From the NCBI GenBank assembly GCA_965204735.1, contig OZ242008.1:2816001-2880000 (forward strand): a DNA stretch of 64,000 nucleotides, given 5' to 3'. Every line of letters starts with the position of its first letter. Position 1 is the first letter of the stretch. Source of the DNA: Longimicrobiales bacterium. Lineage in GTDB: Bacteria > Gemmatimonadota > Gemmatimonadetes > Longimicrobiales > Gaopeijiaceae. The position numbers and the translations under genes are program-made. The notes under the pieces are model-generated. The model was given only the letters and a program-made list of their open reading frames with translations. It was not told the origin of the DNA and searched no databases. Shown one piece after another: positions 26,703 to 38,700 of this stretch.

Positions 26703-28933
26703 CGCGTAGATGGCGGATGGGCGTGACGCGTCGGTGGCGAAGCGCGACGCCTCTCTCGGCGACGGCCCTCGTGGCGGCGCTTTCGGCGGGATGCGGCGGC
26801 GACGCCGGGTTCTGGGACGCGTACGCCGAGATCGTCGCCGAAGAGGACGCCCGAGGACTCCACGGAGTGGCCCGGATCCAAGATCACCTCGGCGCGGCGG
26901 ACCCCGCCGTGCGGGCCGTGGCGGTCCGGGCGCTGGGCCGGCTCGAGGACCCGGGTCGGCTGGACGCGCTGGGGGCGTTCTTGGAGGACCCGGATCCCGG
27001 CGTGCGGGCTGCGGCCGCGGCGGCGACGGCCCAGTCGGTGTTCGGAGCCGATCCGGGAGCGGCGCTGGCGCTGCTCGCGGACCGGGTCGGCGAGGAGTCG
27101 GACGCCGCGGCGCTGGGAGCGCTCGCCGCGAGCCTGGGTCGATTGGGCGTGCGGGGCGACGAGCAGCGTCGGGGAGCGGCCGCCGCGCTGGCCTTCGCGG
27201 CCGAGCGCCTCCTGCCCGATGGAGCGAGCGACCCCGGGCCGGCCGCTTCGGAACGACCGGGCTTGGCCGACTACGAGCTGGCGGGTCGGCTTGGATTGGC
27301 CAGGGGAATCGAGGCGTTCGCGCGAGGCGGACACGGGCTCGGCCGGCAAGCCGGGACGGCGGGCCGTACCCTGGCGGCGGCGGTCCGCCTGCTGGTCGAG
27401 ACCCGCGACCCGATCTTGGAAGAGCGGGCGGCGCGCACGCGCCGGCTGGCCGTCGCGGCCCTGGTTCACGACGAGCGGATGCGTGGAGAGGACGCTCTGC
27501 GCTTCCTCGCGGACCCGGATCCCGGGGTGCGCCGAGTGGTGGTGGCGGGGGCGGGAGCAGCGACGCCCACGCCAGGCGCCGGCGGCGGCGAAGAGGCGGG
27601 CGCGGCCGGCTTCACGGCGGCGATCCGCACCGGTCTGGCCGATCTCCACATGTCGGTTCGAGTGGAAGCGCTGCGGGCCTTCGACCGGCAGCTGCGCAGA
27701 AGCACCGGGTGCGCGCCCCTGCTTCGGGCGTTCGCCGACCCGGCCCCCCATGCGTCGATCGTCGCGATCGCGCTGGCCGCCCGTCCGTGCCCCGACGCCG
27801 ACGCCCAGCGCGAGGCGCTCCGCCGGGTCGTCCAGGAAGTGGAGCGCCCCGGCAGCGACTGGAGGCGCCCCGCAAGGGCGCTTCACTCGCTGGCGACGGT
27901 GGCGCCCGCGGAAGCGGCGCCGTTTCTTCCCCGCTTCTCGAGCCACTGGTCGCCCTTCGCAAGGGCCTGGGCGGCGCGGACCGCAGCGCTGACGGGCGAC
28001 GCGGACGCGCTCCGCGCCTTGGCAAGCGACCCGGACCCCAACGCGCGCACCGCCGCGCTGAACGGGCTCGGCGCCGTCGCCGGGGCGGACGCCCGGGACG
28101 TCTACGCGGCCCAGCTCGACGACGACGACCCCCTCCTCGTGATGACCGCCGTCCGGATGCTGCGAGAGCACGCGCCCGACGCGCTTCCCCTGCCGGAGCT
28201 GCTCGACGCCCTGGCGCGCTTCACCGCCACCGGCCGCGAGACCGCGCGGGACGCGCGCATGGCGCTGCTCGAGGCGGTGGGCGCGGCGGGCGCCTACGAA
28301 CGGGCCGATCTGGTCCCCTACTTGGCGGATTTCGACCCATTGCTGGCGGCTCGCGCCGCCGCCCTGGCCGAGGCGGCGACGGGTCCGACCGCCAACAGAC
28401 CGGAAGCCGGGCAAGCGGACGCCGCGGACGCCTCCGCCGAGCGCATCCGCCCACCATTGACTCCCGCTCCGACGCTCGCCGCGGGCCGGCTCCGCGAGCT
28501 CGAGCGCTCCGTCGTCGTGCTCCGCATGGCGGGGCTGGGCGAGATCGCGATCGCCCTCCTCCCCCGCTCGGCGGCGACCAACGCGGACCGCTTCGCTCGA
28601 CTGGCGGACGCGGGCTACTTCGACGGCCTCGTCTTCCACCGGATCGAGCCCAACTTCGTCGTCCAAGGGGGAAGCCCCCACGCCAACGAGTACGCGGGCG
28701 ACGGCCCCTACAGCCGGGACGAGATCAGCAGCCGGCCCCACTGGCGGGGCGCCGTGGGGCTCTCGACCCGAGGCAGGGACACCGGCGACGCGCAGATCTT
28801 CGTCAACTTGGTCGACAACGTCAGACTGGACTTCAACTACACGATCTTCGGCGAGGTCGTGGAGGGCATGGACGTGGTCGACCAAATGCTGGAGGGCGCG
28901 TTGATCGAAGAGGCGCGGGTGGAGATACGGTGA
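26699..28933 (+). CDS. HEAT-repeat lipoprotein with C-terminal cyclophilin-type PPIase
   Basis: LSAGC lipobox, DPDPxVR HEAT repeats, GYFDGLVFHRIEPNFVVQGG, GRDTGDAQIFVN, YTIFGEVVEGMDVVD. Confidence 0.85.
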   Translation: MTRRWRMGVTRRWRSATPLSATALVAALSAGCGGDAGFWDAYAEIVAEEDARGLHGVARIQDHLGAADPAVRAVAVRALGRLEDPGRLDALGAFLEDPDPGVRAAAAAATAQSVFGADPGAALALLADRVGEESDAAALGALAASLGRLGVRGDEQRRGAAAALAFAAERLLPDGASDPGPAASERPGLADYELAGRLGLARGIEAFARGGHGLGRQAGTAGRTLAAAVRLLVETRDPILEERAARTRRLAVAALVHDERMRGEDALRFLADPDPGVRRVVVAGAGAATPTPGAGGGEEAGAAGFTAAIRTGLADLHMSVRVEALRAFDRQLRRSTGCAPLLRAFADPAPHASIVAIALAARPCPDADAQREALRRVVQEVERPGSDWRRPARALHSLATVAPAEAAPFLPRFSSHWSPFARAWAARTAALTGDADALRALASDPDPNARTAALNGLGAVAGADARDVYAAQLDDDDPLLVMTAVRMLREHAPDALPLPELLDALARFTATGRETARDARMALLEAVGAAGAYERADLVPYLADFDPLLAARAAALAEAATGPTANRPEAGQADAADASAERIRPPLTPAPTLAAGRLRELERSVVVLRMAGLGEIAIALLPRSAATNADRFARLADAGYFDGLVFHRIEPNFVVQGGSPHANEYAGDGPYSRDEISSRPHWRGAVGLSTRGRDTGDAQIFVNLVDNVRLDFNYTIFGEVVEGMDVVDQMLEGALIEEARVEIR

Positions 28934-31900
28934 CCAGAGCGACTCCGCACCGCGCCCTCGATCTCGCCACGCTGGCAGCACTGGCCGCCCTGGCCGCGGC
29001 AGCCTTCGCGGCGACGCCGACGCCGACTTCGGCCGCCCGGACTCCCGGCGGCGCGAACGGCCCGGCAGCCCAGCCCGCCGTGCCGCCCCAAGAGGCCCAA
29101 CCGCCCTTCGACCTGGCCACCCTCTTCGCCCACTTTCCCGGCGGCGGCCATCTCCTGCGGGACGAGAACCGGGACGGCGTCCCCGACCGCCTCGGCGCCG
29201 CCTTCTTGTTGCCCGCCGACCCGACCGCCGCCGAGCAGGCCGCGGCGGCGGAGATCGCGGCCCGACTGGGCTTCGAGACCATGGCGCTCGATCTGCCGCT
29301 CCCTAGAGGCGCACGCGAAGGAAGAATCCGAGTCGTCGTGGGCCGGCGCGCGTTGGGCGACGCCGGGTATTCGCCGGCCGACTTCGCCGTCGACGAGCCC
29401 GCGCCGGGCCAAGGCGCCGTGACCGCCGTGGTCGGCGACGGCGCGCGATGGGTGGTGGTGGCCGGAGGCGACGACGAAGGGCTGCTGCGGGGCGCGCGCC
29501 TGCTCGCGGGTTCGCTGCCCCACGCGGGCACCCTTGCCGGGCCCTCGCTCGAGGAGATCGCCGACGAACTCGGCGAGTGGCTGGCGCCCGACGCGACGGT
29601 GGACGTCGGCGTCGCCTTCTCCCGGGCGTCGGTCGGCGCGGACGGCGCGGTGCGCCTGGGCGGCGCGCTTCGCCACGCTCCGGGCGCCGAAGAAGCCGCC
29701 GACAACGCCTTCGCCCGGCTGCTGGAGCTGGCGGCCGCCCGGGCCGACGGCCCCGCCACCGAGCCCGACTCGCTCGATCTGCGCTTTCGCGACGTGGCTT
29801 CGCTCGCCCTCTCCCACGACGGACAGGAAGCGACGCTCCCCACGTTGGCCGACCCGCCGCCTCCGGGACCCGTCCCCGGCCGGCCCGGCGCCGGGGCCAA
29901 GGACGCCCTCGACCTCTCGAACGTCTTCACCAGCGATGGACTCCTGGGAGGCGCCGACCTCCCCGACCGAATCGACGCGATGCTCGTCCCCGACGCCGAT
30001 TCGGATGCGGCGCTGGAGCTGGCGGCCCGCCTGGGCCTCGAGTCCACCGGCCTGACGGTGCCGCTGACGAAGCTTCCTCGCCAAGTCGAGTCGCCCGCCC
30101 AGGAGCCCGTGCTGGTGCTGATGGGAACCGGGGGGCCAAGCCCAGGCGCCGACGCCCGGGACGATGCCCCCCAATCCGGGACCTCCGCCGCCGACGCCGC
30201 CGTCCATCGGCTGATCGCCCTGCTCGTCGACAGCGGCAGGGTCGCCCTGGACGACGTGCCCCCGGGCCACGGCCTGATCGAACTCGTCCCCGACGCCTTC
30301 GGCGGCAAGCCCAGCCTGGTGGTCACGGGTCCGGACCGCTCCGGCGCTGCCCTGGCCGCGCGGCAGCTGGCCGAAGTCTTTCCCCACGTCCACGAACGCG
30401 ACGAGGGCGCGCCGGTGCTCGACGACGTCGAGTACGAGCTCTGGGCCGCGCTCTCGGGACACTCGCCCGCGGGCCAAGCCGCCATCGGACTCTACAAGCT
30501 CGACCAGATCGCGACCAAGGTCGCGGCCGAGGTGGCGGAAGAGGCCCCGGACGCGCCGTCGGCCGGAGCCGCACCTGCACGCGCCTCGGTCCCGTCCGCT
30601 TCGTCCCGGCCCCTGGCGTCGGCCCACGTCCTCGTGTCCCTGGAGAAGCCGGACGACGGATACGCGGCGCTGGTCCGGGAGAGGGCCGCCGCCCTCGACG
30701 CCGAGCGGCTGGAGGTGACAATAGACGACCGGGACGTGCAGAACGCCTCGCTCGTCTTCGAGGACCGCTTCGAAGTCCCGTCGGAAGTCGACCGCTTTCG
30801 CGCCGTGCTCGAGGACCAGGTTCTTGGTCGGGTCCGCCGAGGCGCGGCGGTCCGCCTGGAGGCGCGGCTGTCGGAGCCGCCCGAAGTGCGTCGCGGGTTG
30901 GAGGACGAGATCCTGCGGCGCTTGGTGGAGGCGGGCGCCGACCCCGAGGCCAGCGAGGTGCAGGTGCTGTCGGCGTTCAAGCAGGGCTTCTCTTGGCTTC
31001 GCGAGTCGGTCGGTCCCCGGCTAGTGGACAAGGAGACGGCCGAGGTCGTGATCGAGTTCCTCAGGAACGAGCCGCCGGAGGAGTGGCCGCAGCAGGCGAT
31101 CCACACGCCCCTCCGCTGGCTTCACGAGGTCTTCCCCATCGACGAGGCGCTGGGCGCCGACCTGGGACTCGACCCGGAGCGGATCCGCTTCGAGATCGTC
31201 GAACCCGACGACCCGACCGCTGCGCCGCCGCCCGTCTACCGCGCCCGCGCCTTCGGGCCCGACGGCCGCCTGCTCCTGGACGAGACCTTCGATCCGGCGT
31301 GGGTGCTCCGCCCCTACTTCGACCGCTTCCGGGACTACGAGCAAGTCCGCGTCACCACCGGCTGGATCACCGCCGTCTCCGGGGCCGACACCCTCGCCCA
31401 CGAGCGCATCGTCACGGACCCCGAGTGGTTCTGGGACCGCTTCCAGTCCCGAACTCTCCCCGCCGTGTACGACCACGTGATGGACCGCCACGACGGGAAC
31501 CCTCGCGCGGGTCGTCAGGACGTCCCCTACTTCGGCGTCCTCGAAGTCGAATTGGAGCTCAGCGAGCCGGACTACCGCCTGGAGATCGACAACGAGATCG
31601 TGTCGCCCATGGACGCGCTCCACGAGGAGGTGTACTTCGGCACGATCGAGTTCTTCCACCAGCTCGGCCGCAACGCCCGGGGGCGGGATCTGACCTATCC
31701 GGGACGGATCGTGCCAATCATGCGCTCCAAGGGAGACGGCGGGCCGGGCAATGGCAGGATCCGCTTCACCGGCTTCGCCACGAGCCGTCCCGCGGTCGTG
31801 GTCCGCTGGCAGACCCGCGACGGTCGGCGGGGCGAGCGGCACCTCGACATTCCGAAGATCGCCATGGAGCGCCCCAGCCTGAGGCGCGCGGTGGTCGCCC

Positions 31901-33429
31901 CTGGATCGTCCGACGACGCTCCGGGACCAAAGGCTCCCGTCCTTTCCAGCCTCGAGCTTCGGGTGCGGGTGGACTCGGAGGCGGACCTGCGGGACTCCCT
32001 CCTCGTGCTGGCCCGGGGCGAGCAGATCGACGCCCGGATGATCTCGGCGGAGCAGGTCGCCGCGACGCTGGCCAACTTGGCGGCCATGCGGGCTGCCGGC
32101 GTCCACGAAGGGGCTCTGGCCTACCAAGGCGTCGGCACGATCGCGGCATGGGCCGAGTGGACGCACGAGCAGGACCCGGAATCCCGCGTCGTCGCCGTGC
32201 TCCCGGCCAACGGGACCCCCCTTCGGCGCCCCCTGTGGACCGACCTGCTCCCCGACGGCTGGAGCTGGGACGGCAGCCGGATCGTGCAGTGGGACACGCC
32301 CATTCCACCGGACGAAGGCCACGAGATGCTGGCGAAGATGAGCCGCGCCTTCGACTACGCCTCCATGTACACGGTGGGCCGCAGCTACCTGGGCGCGACG
32401 ACGTGGGCGATGGACCTGATGGCTCCCGTCGCCGCCACCCACTGGTCCCGGGTCAAGGCCACGACGTTCAAGCCCACCGTCGTCTACTCGGCGCGCCAGC
32501 ACGCCAACGAAGTGTCGTCCACCAGCCACGTCCTCCGCCACGCCGAGCTGCTGCTGACCGACTCGGTTCAGCGCGCCAAGCTGGACAAGGTGAACGTCGT
32601 CGTCCACCCGTTCACCAACCCGGACGGCGCGCAGCTGGCGTACGACCTGTACACGATCACGCCCGACTACATCCTGCACGCCGGCTACCTGGGCGCCCTG
32701 GGCATGGACGTCACGTCGGGCGCGGGAGAGGACTTCCCCGTCTACCCGGAGGCCAACGTCCGCAACCGCCTTTGGGAACGCTGGCTTCCCGACGTCTTCC
32801 TCAACCCCCACGGCTACCCCAGCCATCAGGTCGTGCAGCTCTTCTCCGAGTACACCGGCTTGGTCCGGCGCGGGCGCGTGACCGAGCGCAACTGGGGCTT
32901 CAACAAGGGCTGGTTCATGCCCGGCTTCGGATACTTGGACGATCCCGAGTACCCCAGGCACAAGGACGCGGCGTTCAAGATTCGCGAGTACATCACCGCC
33001 GGGATCAACTCGAACCGGGACGTGTTCGAGATGAACCAGCGCAACTACGCGCGCTACCGGCGTTACGGAGCGGCGTTCGACCCCGACGTCTTCCGCTTGC
33101 CCATGACCGACAGCGTGCTGATCGAGATGCCGCTGAAGGGCTCCAGGGCGGGCGGGAGCGGAGGCCGCGGCTTCAACCCGAAGATCACGATCTGGAGCGG
33201 CATCACCGAGGCCCCCGACGAGACCGCCTACGGCGAGTGGATGCAGCTGGTGGCGAAGGCCGGCCTCTCGTGGGACCAAGCCCTCCTGGACTACCTTTAC
33301 GACGGCAAGCACGCCGTCGAGCGCAGCGGCTCCAAGTTCTTCGGCGGCGTCACCCTCAAGGCGACGCGTCCGAGACCTCCGAAGGAGAGCGACGGCGACG
33401 CGGCGCCCCTGAACGAGGCAAGCCGATGA
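28930..33429 (+). CDS. Large secreted M14 zinc carboxypeptidase-domain protein
   Basis: Signal peptide; C-terminal ARQHANE, NPDG, LNPHG motifs; GTGA coupling. Confidence 0.8.
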   Translation: MTRATPHRALDLATLAALAALAAAAFAATPTPTSAARTPGGANGPAAQPAVPPQEAQPPFDLATLFAHFPGGGHLLRDENRDGVPDRLGAAFLLPADPTAAEQAAAAEIAARLGFETMALDLPLPRGAREGRIRVVVGRRALGDAGYSPADFAVDEPAPGQGAVTAVVGDGARWVVVAGGDDEGLLRGARLLAGSLPHAGTLAGPSLEEIADELGEWLAPDATVDVGVAFSRASVGADGAVRLGGALRHAPGAEEAADNAFARLLELAAARADGPATEPDSLDLRFRDVASLALSHDGQEATLPTLADPPPPGPVPGRPGAGAKDALDLSNVFTSDGLLGGADLPDRIDAMLVPDADSDAALELAARLGLESTGLTVPLTKLPRQVESPAQEPVLVLMGTGGPSPGADARDDAPQSGTSAADAAVHRLIALLVDSGRVALDDVPPGHGLIELVPDAFGGKPSLVVTGPDRSGAALAARQLAEVFPHVHERDEGAPVLDDVEYELWAALSGHSPAGQAAIGLYKLDQIATKVAAEVAEEAPDAPSAGAAPARASVPSASSRPLASAHVLVSLEKPDDGYAALVRERAAALDAERLEVTIDDRDVQNASLVFEDRFEVPSEVDRFRAVLEDQVLGRVRRGAAVRLEARLSEPPEVRRGLEDEILRRLVEAGADPEASEVQVLSAFKQGFSWLRESVGPRLVDKETAEVVIEFLRNEPPEEWPQQAIHTPLRWLHEVFPIDEALGADLGLDPERIRFEIVEPDDPTAAPPPVYRARAFGPDGRLLLDETFDPAWVLRPYFDRFRDYEQVRVTTGWITAVSGADTLAHERIVTDPEWFWDRFQSRTLPAVYDHVMDRHDGNPRAGRQDVPYFGVLEVELELSEPDYRLEIDNEIVSPMDALHEEVYFGTIEFFHQLGRNARGRDLTYPGRIVPIMRSKGDGGPGNGRIRFTGFATSRPAVVVRWQTRDGRRGERHLDIPKIAMERPSLRRAVVAPGSSDDAPGPKAPVLSSLELRVRVDSEADLRDSLLVLARGEQIDARMISAEQVAATLANLAAMRAAGVHEGALAYQGVGTIAAWAEWTHEQDPESRVVAVLPANGTPLRRPLWTDLLPDGWSWDGSRIVQWDTPIPPDEGHEMLAKMSRAFDYASMYTVGRSYLGATTWAMDLMAPVAATHWSRVKATTFKPTVVYSARQHANEVSSTSHVLRHAELLLTDSVQRAKLDKVNVVVHPFTNPDGAQLAYDLYTITPDYILHAGYLGALGMDVTSGAGEDFPVYPEANVRNRLWERWLPDVFLNPHGYPSHQVVQLFSEYTGLVRRGRVTERNWGFNKGWFMPGFGYLDDPEYPRHKDAAFKIREYITAGINSNRDVFEMNQRNYARYRRYGAAFDPDVFRLPMTDSVLIEMPLKGSRAGGSGGRGFNPKITIWSGITEAPDETAYGEWMQLVAKAGLSWDQALLDYLYDGKHAVERSGSKFFGGVTLKATRPRPPKESDGDAAPLNEASR

Positions 33430-33788
33430 GCCGAGACAACATCTTCGCCAAGATCGTTCGCGGCGAGCTCCCGGCCGACGTCGTCTACCGCGACGACGTT
33501 GTGACGGCGTTTCGGGACATTGCGCCCCAGGCGCCGGTCCACGTCCTCGTCGTGCCCAACGAGTGGATACCCACTGCGGCGGACGCGACCGACGAAGACG
33601 AGGCCGTGCTGGGACGGATGATCCGAGCGGCGGCGAAGATCGCCGAAGACGAGGGCATCGCCGAGGACGGCTACCGGCTGATGATCAACTGCCGGAACCA
33701 CGGCGGCCAAGAAGTGCCTCACCTTCACCTTCACCTCCTCGGGGGCCGTCCGCTCGGCCCCATGCTGGCTCGGCGAGGCGGATCATGA
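33426..33788 (+). CDS. hinT: Histidine triad nucleotide-binding protein
   Basis: [43 protein letters not shown]. Confidence 0.92.
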   Translation: MSRDNIFAKIVRGELPADVVYRDDVVTAFRDIAPQAPVHVLVVPNEWIPTAADATDEDEAVLGRMIRAAAKIAEDEGIAEDGYRLMINCRNHGGQEVPHLHLHLLGGRPLGPMLARRGGS

Positions 33789-35338
33789 GAAGAGCACGGC
33801 CCAGCGGGATGGCGCGGGCCGCCGCCGTCTCGATCTTCGCCGCCTCGGCGTCGCTCCTTGCGCCGGGCCGGCCGCTGGCCCCGAACCCGCTCGCCGCCCA
33901 GCAGGGCTTGGCCGGCCTGGACGGCGAGATCGAAGCGATGGTCGCCGAGTGGGGCGTCCCCGGACTCGCGGTCGCCGTCGTGCAGGACGACCAGATCGTC
34001 TACGCCCGCGGCTTCGGCGTGCGCCACGTCGAGGGCGGCGACCCCGTGGACGAGCACACGATCTTCGCGGCGGGCTCCACCTCCAAGGCGTTCACGGCCG
34101 CCGCCATGGCCATGCTGGTGGACGAGGGGAAGGTGTCGTGGGACGATCCGGTGATCGACCACCTCCCCGACTTTCGGCTGAGCGACCCCTACGTCACCCG
34201 GGACCTCCGGGTGCGGGACTTGATGAGCCACAACTCGGGGCTCCTCCGGGGCGACCGCATCTGGTACGCCAGCGGACGCACCCGGGAAGAGGCGCTGCGG
34301 CAGGTCCGCCACCAGCCCATGACCTTCCCGCTCCGCTCCACGTTCCAGTACAACAACACGACGTGGATCGCCGCCGGGGAAGTGATCGAGGCCCTCTCGG
34401 GCACCACCTGGGACGACTTCGTGGCGCGACGCATCTTCGAACCCCTGGGAATGACCCGCAGCGTCACCCTCCTCGGGCCGCTGGCCGAGATGGAGAACGT
34501 CGCCCAGCCCCATGTGCTGGCCCCGGACGGCGAGCTGCGGGCAGTTCCGTACCGCAACATCGACAACGCCGGGCCCGCCGGCTCGATCAACTCCAGCGCC
34601 GCGCAAATGGCCCAGTGGGTCAGGCTGCACCTCGGATCCGCCGGCGCCCACGCCGGGACCCGGCTCGTTTCGGAAGAGGCCCTGCTGGAGACCCGCACCC
34701 CCCAGATGGTCATGCGCAAGACGGAGCCGTGGGCGTCGATCTGGCCCGAGTCCGACTTCCTCAACTACGGCCTGGGCTGGTTCTTGACCGACTACCGGGA
34801 CGTGAAGATGGTCTCCCACGGCGGGAACATCGACGGGATGACCGCCCTGGTGGCGATGATCCCCGAGCGCGACTACGGCTTCGTCCTGCTGGTGAACCTG
34901 AACGGCGCCAACGCCTTCGCCAGCGCCCTGGTCCATCGACTGGTGGACCGGATGGAGGGCGGCGAGCAGCTTCCCTGGAGCGACCGGATGCTGGCCGCGT
35001 GGCGAAAGGCGCGGGAAGAGGCTCGGGCCGCGGCCCAGGCCGTGGAGGACGGTCGGATCGCCGACGCGCCTCCCACCTTGGCGCCCGAGGCCTACGCCGG
35101 CAGCTACGACAACGAGATGTACGGCGAGATCGTCGTCGTCGAGCAGGACGGGGCGCTGCGCGCCCGCTTCGGCGCCGGCTTCGAGGGACCCTTGGAGCAC
35201 TGGCACTACGACACCTTCCGAAGCTCTTGGGGCGGCGGCGCCCGCGAGTTCTTCCGCTTCGAGATCGGCACCGACGGCGCCGTGTCGATCCTCCACGCCG
35301 AGATCGAAGGCAGCGTCGAGTTCGTCCGCCGACGGTGA
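33785..35338 (+). CDS. Serine hydrolase (beta-lactamase class C-like + DUF3471)
   Basis: GSTSK (SxxK), [21 protein letters not shown]. Confidence 0.88.
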   Translation: MRRARPSGMARAAAVSIFAASASLLAPGRPLAPNPLAAQQGLAGLDGEIEAMVAEWGVPGLAVAVVQDDQIVYARGFGVRHVEGGDPVDEHTIFAAGSTSKAFTAAAMAMLVDEGKVSWDDPVIDHLPDFRLSDPYVTRDLRVRDLMSHNSGLLRGDRIWYASGRTREEALRQVRHQPMTFPLRSTFQYNNTTWIAAGEVIEALSGTTWDDFVARRIFEPLGMTRSVTLLGPLAEMENVAQPHVLAPDGELRAVPYRNIDNAGPAGSINSSAAQMAQWVRLHLGSAGAHAGTRLVSEEALLETRTPQMVMRKTEPWASIWPESDFLNYGLGWFLTDYRDVKMVSHGGNIDGMTALVAMIPERDYGFVLLVNLNGANAFASALVHRLVDRMEGGEQLPWSDRMLAAWRKAREEARAAAQAVEDGRIADAPPTLAPEAYAGSYDNEMYGEIVVVEQDGALRARFGAGFEGPLEHWHYDTFRSSWGGGAREFFRFEIGTDGAVSILHAEIEGSVEFVRRR

Positions 35339-35390
35339 CGGATCGGCCCTGCACCGACGGGCCGGACGGACGGCAAGCCCGCGGTCGGCC

Positions 35391-36641
35391 TTGAGCGCCG
35401 CCGCTCCCGACGTGGTGGTGGTCGGCGCCGGAATCGTCGGGGCGTCGTGCGCCTACCACCTTGCCTCCCGGGGTCTGGAAGTGACGGTGCTCGAGCGCGA
35501 GCCCGCCCCGGCGCTGGGCTCCACGGGCAGGAGCGCCGCCGGAGTGCGGGTCCAGTTCACCACCCCGGCCAACGTCGCCCTCTCCATGCACTCCCTGCCC
35601 GTCTACCGGGAGTTCCAGGAGCGCCACGGCTTCGACGTCGGCTACCGGGACATCGGCTACCTCCTGCTGGTGCCCGCCGAGCGCTGGGAGCGGCACCTGG
35701 AGTCGGTCGCCCTCCAGCGAAGCATGAACGCCCCGGTGGAAGTCCTGGAGGCTTCGGACGCCCGCCGCTTCGTCCCGATCTCCACCGGAGGCTTGGGCGG
35801 CGCCACCTACGGTCCCTGGGACGGCGTGATCGACCCTCACATGGCGACCCACGCCTGGGTGTCGATGGGCAAGTCCGCCGGGGTGAAGTACCGCTTCGGC
35901 GCCGCGGTCGTCGGCGTCCGGCCCGAGTCCAACGGCCGCGGCTGGCGCGTGGAGGCGACGGAAGCCCGCTCCCACGTCCCGCCCGCTCGCAGCGGCCGCC
36001 CGCCTTCGACCGAAGCGCTCTCCTGCGGCCACATCGTCAACGCGGCGGGCGCGTGGTCCGGCGTGGTGGGACGGATGGCCGGCCTGGAGGTCCCAGTCGG
36101 ACCCAAGCGCGTCCAGATCTTCCTGAGCGCGCCCGTTGCCGACGACCGGGTCTACCCCCTCACCGTCGACTTGGGCACCGGCGTCTACCTGCGGAGCGAG
36201 CGAGACCGAATCCTCTTCGGCCTGGACTCGCACAAGAGCGACTCCCACGAACGCCACGGCGGCTTCACCGAAGGAGTCGACTGGGAGTGGCTCGAGCGCG
36301 TCCTGGTCGCCGGCGTCGAGCGCTACCCGTGGTGGGAAGACCTGGGGGTGGATCGCAGGGGAAGCTGGTGGGGCTACTACGAAGTCACTCCCGACAACAG
36401 TCCCGTCATCGGCGTCAACCCCGGCGCGGAAGCGTGGATCGACGCCTGCGGCTTCTCCGGCCATGGGATCATGCACGCCCCCGCCACCGGCTTGGCGGTC
36501 TCGGAGCTGGTGGCCGAGGGCCGCTCCCGCACGCTGGACATAACCGCGTTCGCTCACGCTAGATTCGGAGCGCGCGCGTCGGTCGGCGACGACGGATCGG
36601 ACCCCGCCGGCGACGCCCTGGTGGAAGCCAACATCTTCTGA
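35391..36641 (+). CDS. FAD-dependent oxidoreductase (DAO / sarcosine oxidase beta-like)
   Basis: VVVVGAGIVG, STGRSAAG, TPDNSPVIG, GFSGHGIMHAP. Confidence 0.88.
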   Translation: MSAAAPDVVVVGAGIVGASCAYHLASRGLEVTVLEREPAPALGSTGRSAAGVRVQFTTPANVALSMHSLPVYREFQERHGFDVGYRDIGYLLLVPAERWERHLESVALQRSMNAPVEVLEASDARRFVPISTGGLGGATYGPWDGVIDPHMATHAWVSMGKSAGVKYRFGAAVVGVRPESNGRGWRVEATEARSHVPPARSGRPPSTEALSCGHIVNAAGAWSGVVGRMAGLEVPVGPKRVQIFLSAPVADDRVYPLTVDLGTGVYLRSERDRILFGLDSHKSDSHERHGGFTEGVDWEWLERVLVAGVERYPWWEDLGVDRRGSWWGYYEVTPDNSPVIGVNPGAEAWIDACGFSGHGIMHAPATGLAVSELVAEGRSRTLDITAFAHARFGARASVGDDGSDPAGDALVEANIF

Positions 36642-36669
36642 CGCCAGCGACGAAAGAACGGAGGAGAGA

Positions 36670-36778
36670 CGCCATGAAGCTCAGGTTCGCCGAAGAAATC
36701 ATGCGTTGTCGGCCCCGGCGGCCGAGTCGGGGTTCGCGGGGGTCGCCATGAAGCTCAGGTTCGCCGAAGAAATCATGC
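36670..36778 (+). repeat. 35-bp perfect direct repeat of the GPP34 gene start, separated by 39 bp
   Basis: CGCCATGAAGCTCAGGTTCGCCGAAGAAATCATGC at 36670-36704 and 36744-36778. Confidence 0.95.
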
Positions 36779-37404
36779 TCCTGCTCCTTCACGACGAGAA
36801 CGGGAAGTTCACGCGCGTGCCGGAGTGGTCGCTCAAGTACGCCCTCTCCGGCGGCGTTCTCATGGACCTGGCGCTGGCCGACCGGATCGACACCGACCTG
36901 GAGGAGCTGATTCTGGTCGACTCGACGCCGACGGGGGACGACCTTCTGGACCCGACCCTGGCCGACATCGCCCAGGCGCACCAGGCCCGAAGCGCCGACT
37001 TCTGGGTCGAGCGGGTCGCCGAGCGGGCCGACGAGATCCGAAAGGCCGCGGTCGAGAGGCTGATCGAGAGGGGGATCATCGAGGTGGAGGAGGACCGCGT
37101 CCTCTGGGTGTTCCGGTCTCGACGCTACCCCGTCGTGGACGGCAAGGCCGAAAGGGAAGTGAAGCTGCGGATCATGGAGGTGCTCTTCAGCGACGTGGTG
37201 CCCGACCCCCGGGACGTGGTGATCATCTGCCTCGCCGACGCCTGCGGGCTCTTCACCGAGCTGCTCTCCAAGCGGGAAGCCCAGCTGGCCCAGCCGCGCA
37301 TCGATCTGGTGCGCAGAATGGACTTGATCGGCCGGGCGGTCACGGCGGCGATCCGAAAGATCGAGGTCGCGCTGGCCCGGGCCGCCCAGCCCTACCTCGG
37401 CTGA
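36748..37404 (+). CDS. GPP34/GOLPH3 (Vps74) family protein
   Basis: MKLRFAEEIMLLLLHDENG, LSGGVLMDLALADRID, PTGDDLLD, LWVFRSRRYP. Confidence 0.85.
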   Translation: MKLRFAEEIMLLLLHDENGKFTRVPEWSLKYALSGGVLMDLALADRIDTDLEELILVDSTPTGDDLLDPTLADIAQAHQARSADFWVERVAERADEIRKAAVERLIERGIIEVEEDRVLWVFRSRRYPVVDGKAEREVKLRIMEVLFSDVVPDPRDVVIICLADACGLFTELLSKREAQLAQPRIDLVRRMDLIGRAVTAAIRKIEVALARAAQPYLG

Positions 37405-37443
37405 GGGAAGCGGGCAGCAGGCTGGGCCAAGCTGGGCGCTGGC

Positions 37444-38700
37444 CTAGCGTTGGCGCCCGGCCTCGGCTTCGTCGTCCGTGCACGTCGCGGGGTGGGCCTG
37501 CAGCCACTCGAGCAGGGCTTCCGCCGCCCACCGGTGGCCTGCCGGGCTCCAGTGGCTGTCGGCAAACCAGCGCACCTCGGCCATGGTGGCGCCCTGGCGA
37601 CGCACGTACTCCGCCAGGTGGAGGGCTGGAATCTCCAGGGCGGCCGCCATCTTGCTCACCCTGATCCAGCTCTGGCGGCGAGTAGTCGCTGCCAGCAAGA
37701 GGATGCGGCTTCCGTCCCGGTCCGCGTAGCTCTTCCACTGCTCCAGGGCGAACGCCGTGTGCTCGAGGCCCGTCGCGATCATGGGCGGCGGGTCGGACTC
37801 GTCCAGCGCCTGGTGCATCGGGACAACGTCCGCCGGCGTCCACTCGGCCAGCAGCGCGCCGTACTGCGGGCGCTGGCTCAGCGCCGCCAGCATGCGCTGA
37901 AAGTCGTCGTTCGGCAACCGGGGCCACATCCTCTTCGACTGCAGAAGCCGCGCGAGCCACAGAGTGTCGTGCACCTTCGTCGCGAAGCGGGCGAACGCCG
38001 ACGGTTCGGACGCCTCAAACAACCTGATCTTGGCGTACAGAGGGTCGGGAGAACGCAACGCGATCGTGCCGTCGAAACGCCTTTGAGCGCTTGCGGTCGG
38101 CATGTGCGCCGGGTCCAGCCCCAAGGGCGGTCGATCGAGTGCGGCCAAGAGCGGCGCGTTGTCCACGAAGTCGTTGTCCACAAAGACCAGCACCACGAGT
38201 CTCGGACGCAGGAACCGGGCGTACTTGTCGTACAACGGGATCTGCGCGACTTGGCCCGAGCCGGACATCGCGAAGGCCGAAGTGGTGATCCCGAGCTCGG
38301 GAAGGTGGTCGGACGCGAGTTCGTCGAGCCGAACTTGAAGCTTTTCGCCAAGGCCCACTTCCTTCGCGTCCACGAAGGAATCGCCGATGATCACCACGCG
38401 GCAACTCGCCTCCCCCCTCCCCCTCTCTGGAAAACTGGGTTCGCGGTCCAGGAAGCCCAGGCTGTTGCTGTACTGGACGGTCCAGTAGTCGTGCAGGTTC
38501 GTATGCCGCACCTCGACGTTGGGCTTGTAGAGAAAGCCCACGCCTGCAACCCATTCGCGCGGCAGGCTCGACTTCATAAAGGCCACGGTCGCGCGCAGGT
38601 ACGCTTCCGCGGCGCCCGCGATCAGCGCTGCGCCCGCTCCCAGCAGGACCACGTTCCAGAGAAGCGTCGAGAGTGCGCGACGAAGAGAATGCGTCAGCAT
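37444..38700 (-). CDS. SGNH/GDSL-hydrolase-like membrane-anchored protein
   Basis: N-terminal TM, NSLGFLD, IIGDSF, VLVFVDND, DSHWSPAGH (DxH). Confidence 0.75.
   Translation of the reverse strand: MLTHSLRRALSTLLWNVVLLGAGAALIAGAAEAYLRATVAFMKSSLPREWVAGVGFLYKPNVEVRHTNLHDYWTVQYSNSLGFLDREPSFPERGRGEASCRVVIIGDSFVDAKEVGLGEKLQVRLDELASDHLPELGITTSAFAMSGSGQVAQIPLYDKYARFLRPRLVVLVFVDNDFVDNAPLLAALDRPPLGLDPAHMPTASAQRRFDGTIALRSPDPLYAKIRLFEASEPSAFARFATKVHDTLWLARLLQSKRMWPRLPNDDFQRMLAALSQRPQYGALLAEWTPADVVPMHQALDESDPPPMIATGLEHTAFALEQWKSYADRDGSRILLLAATTRRQSWIRVSKMAAALEIPALHLAEYVRRQGATMAEVRWFADSHWSPAGHRWAAEALLEWLQAHPATCTDDEAEAGRQR

Noticed and set aside
26710..33425. 2239-aa and 1446-aa giant ORFs taken at face value
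   Set aside because: Their upstream parts are alternative-frame read-throughs typical of high-GC DNA; the real genes start at 28930 (M14) and 33426 (HIT).
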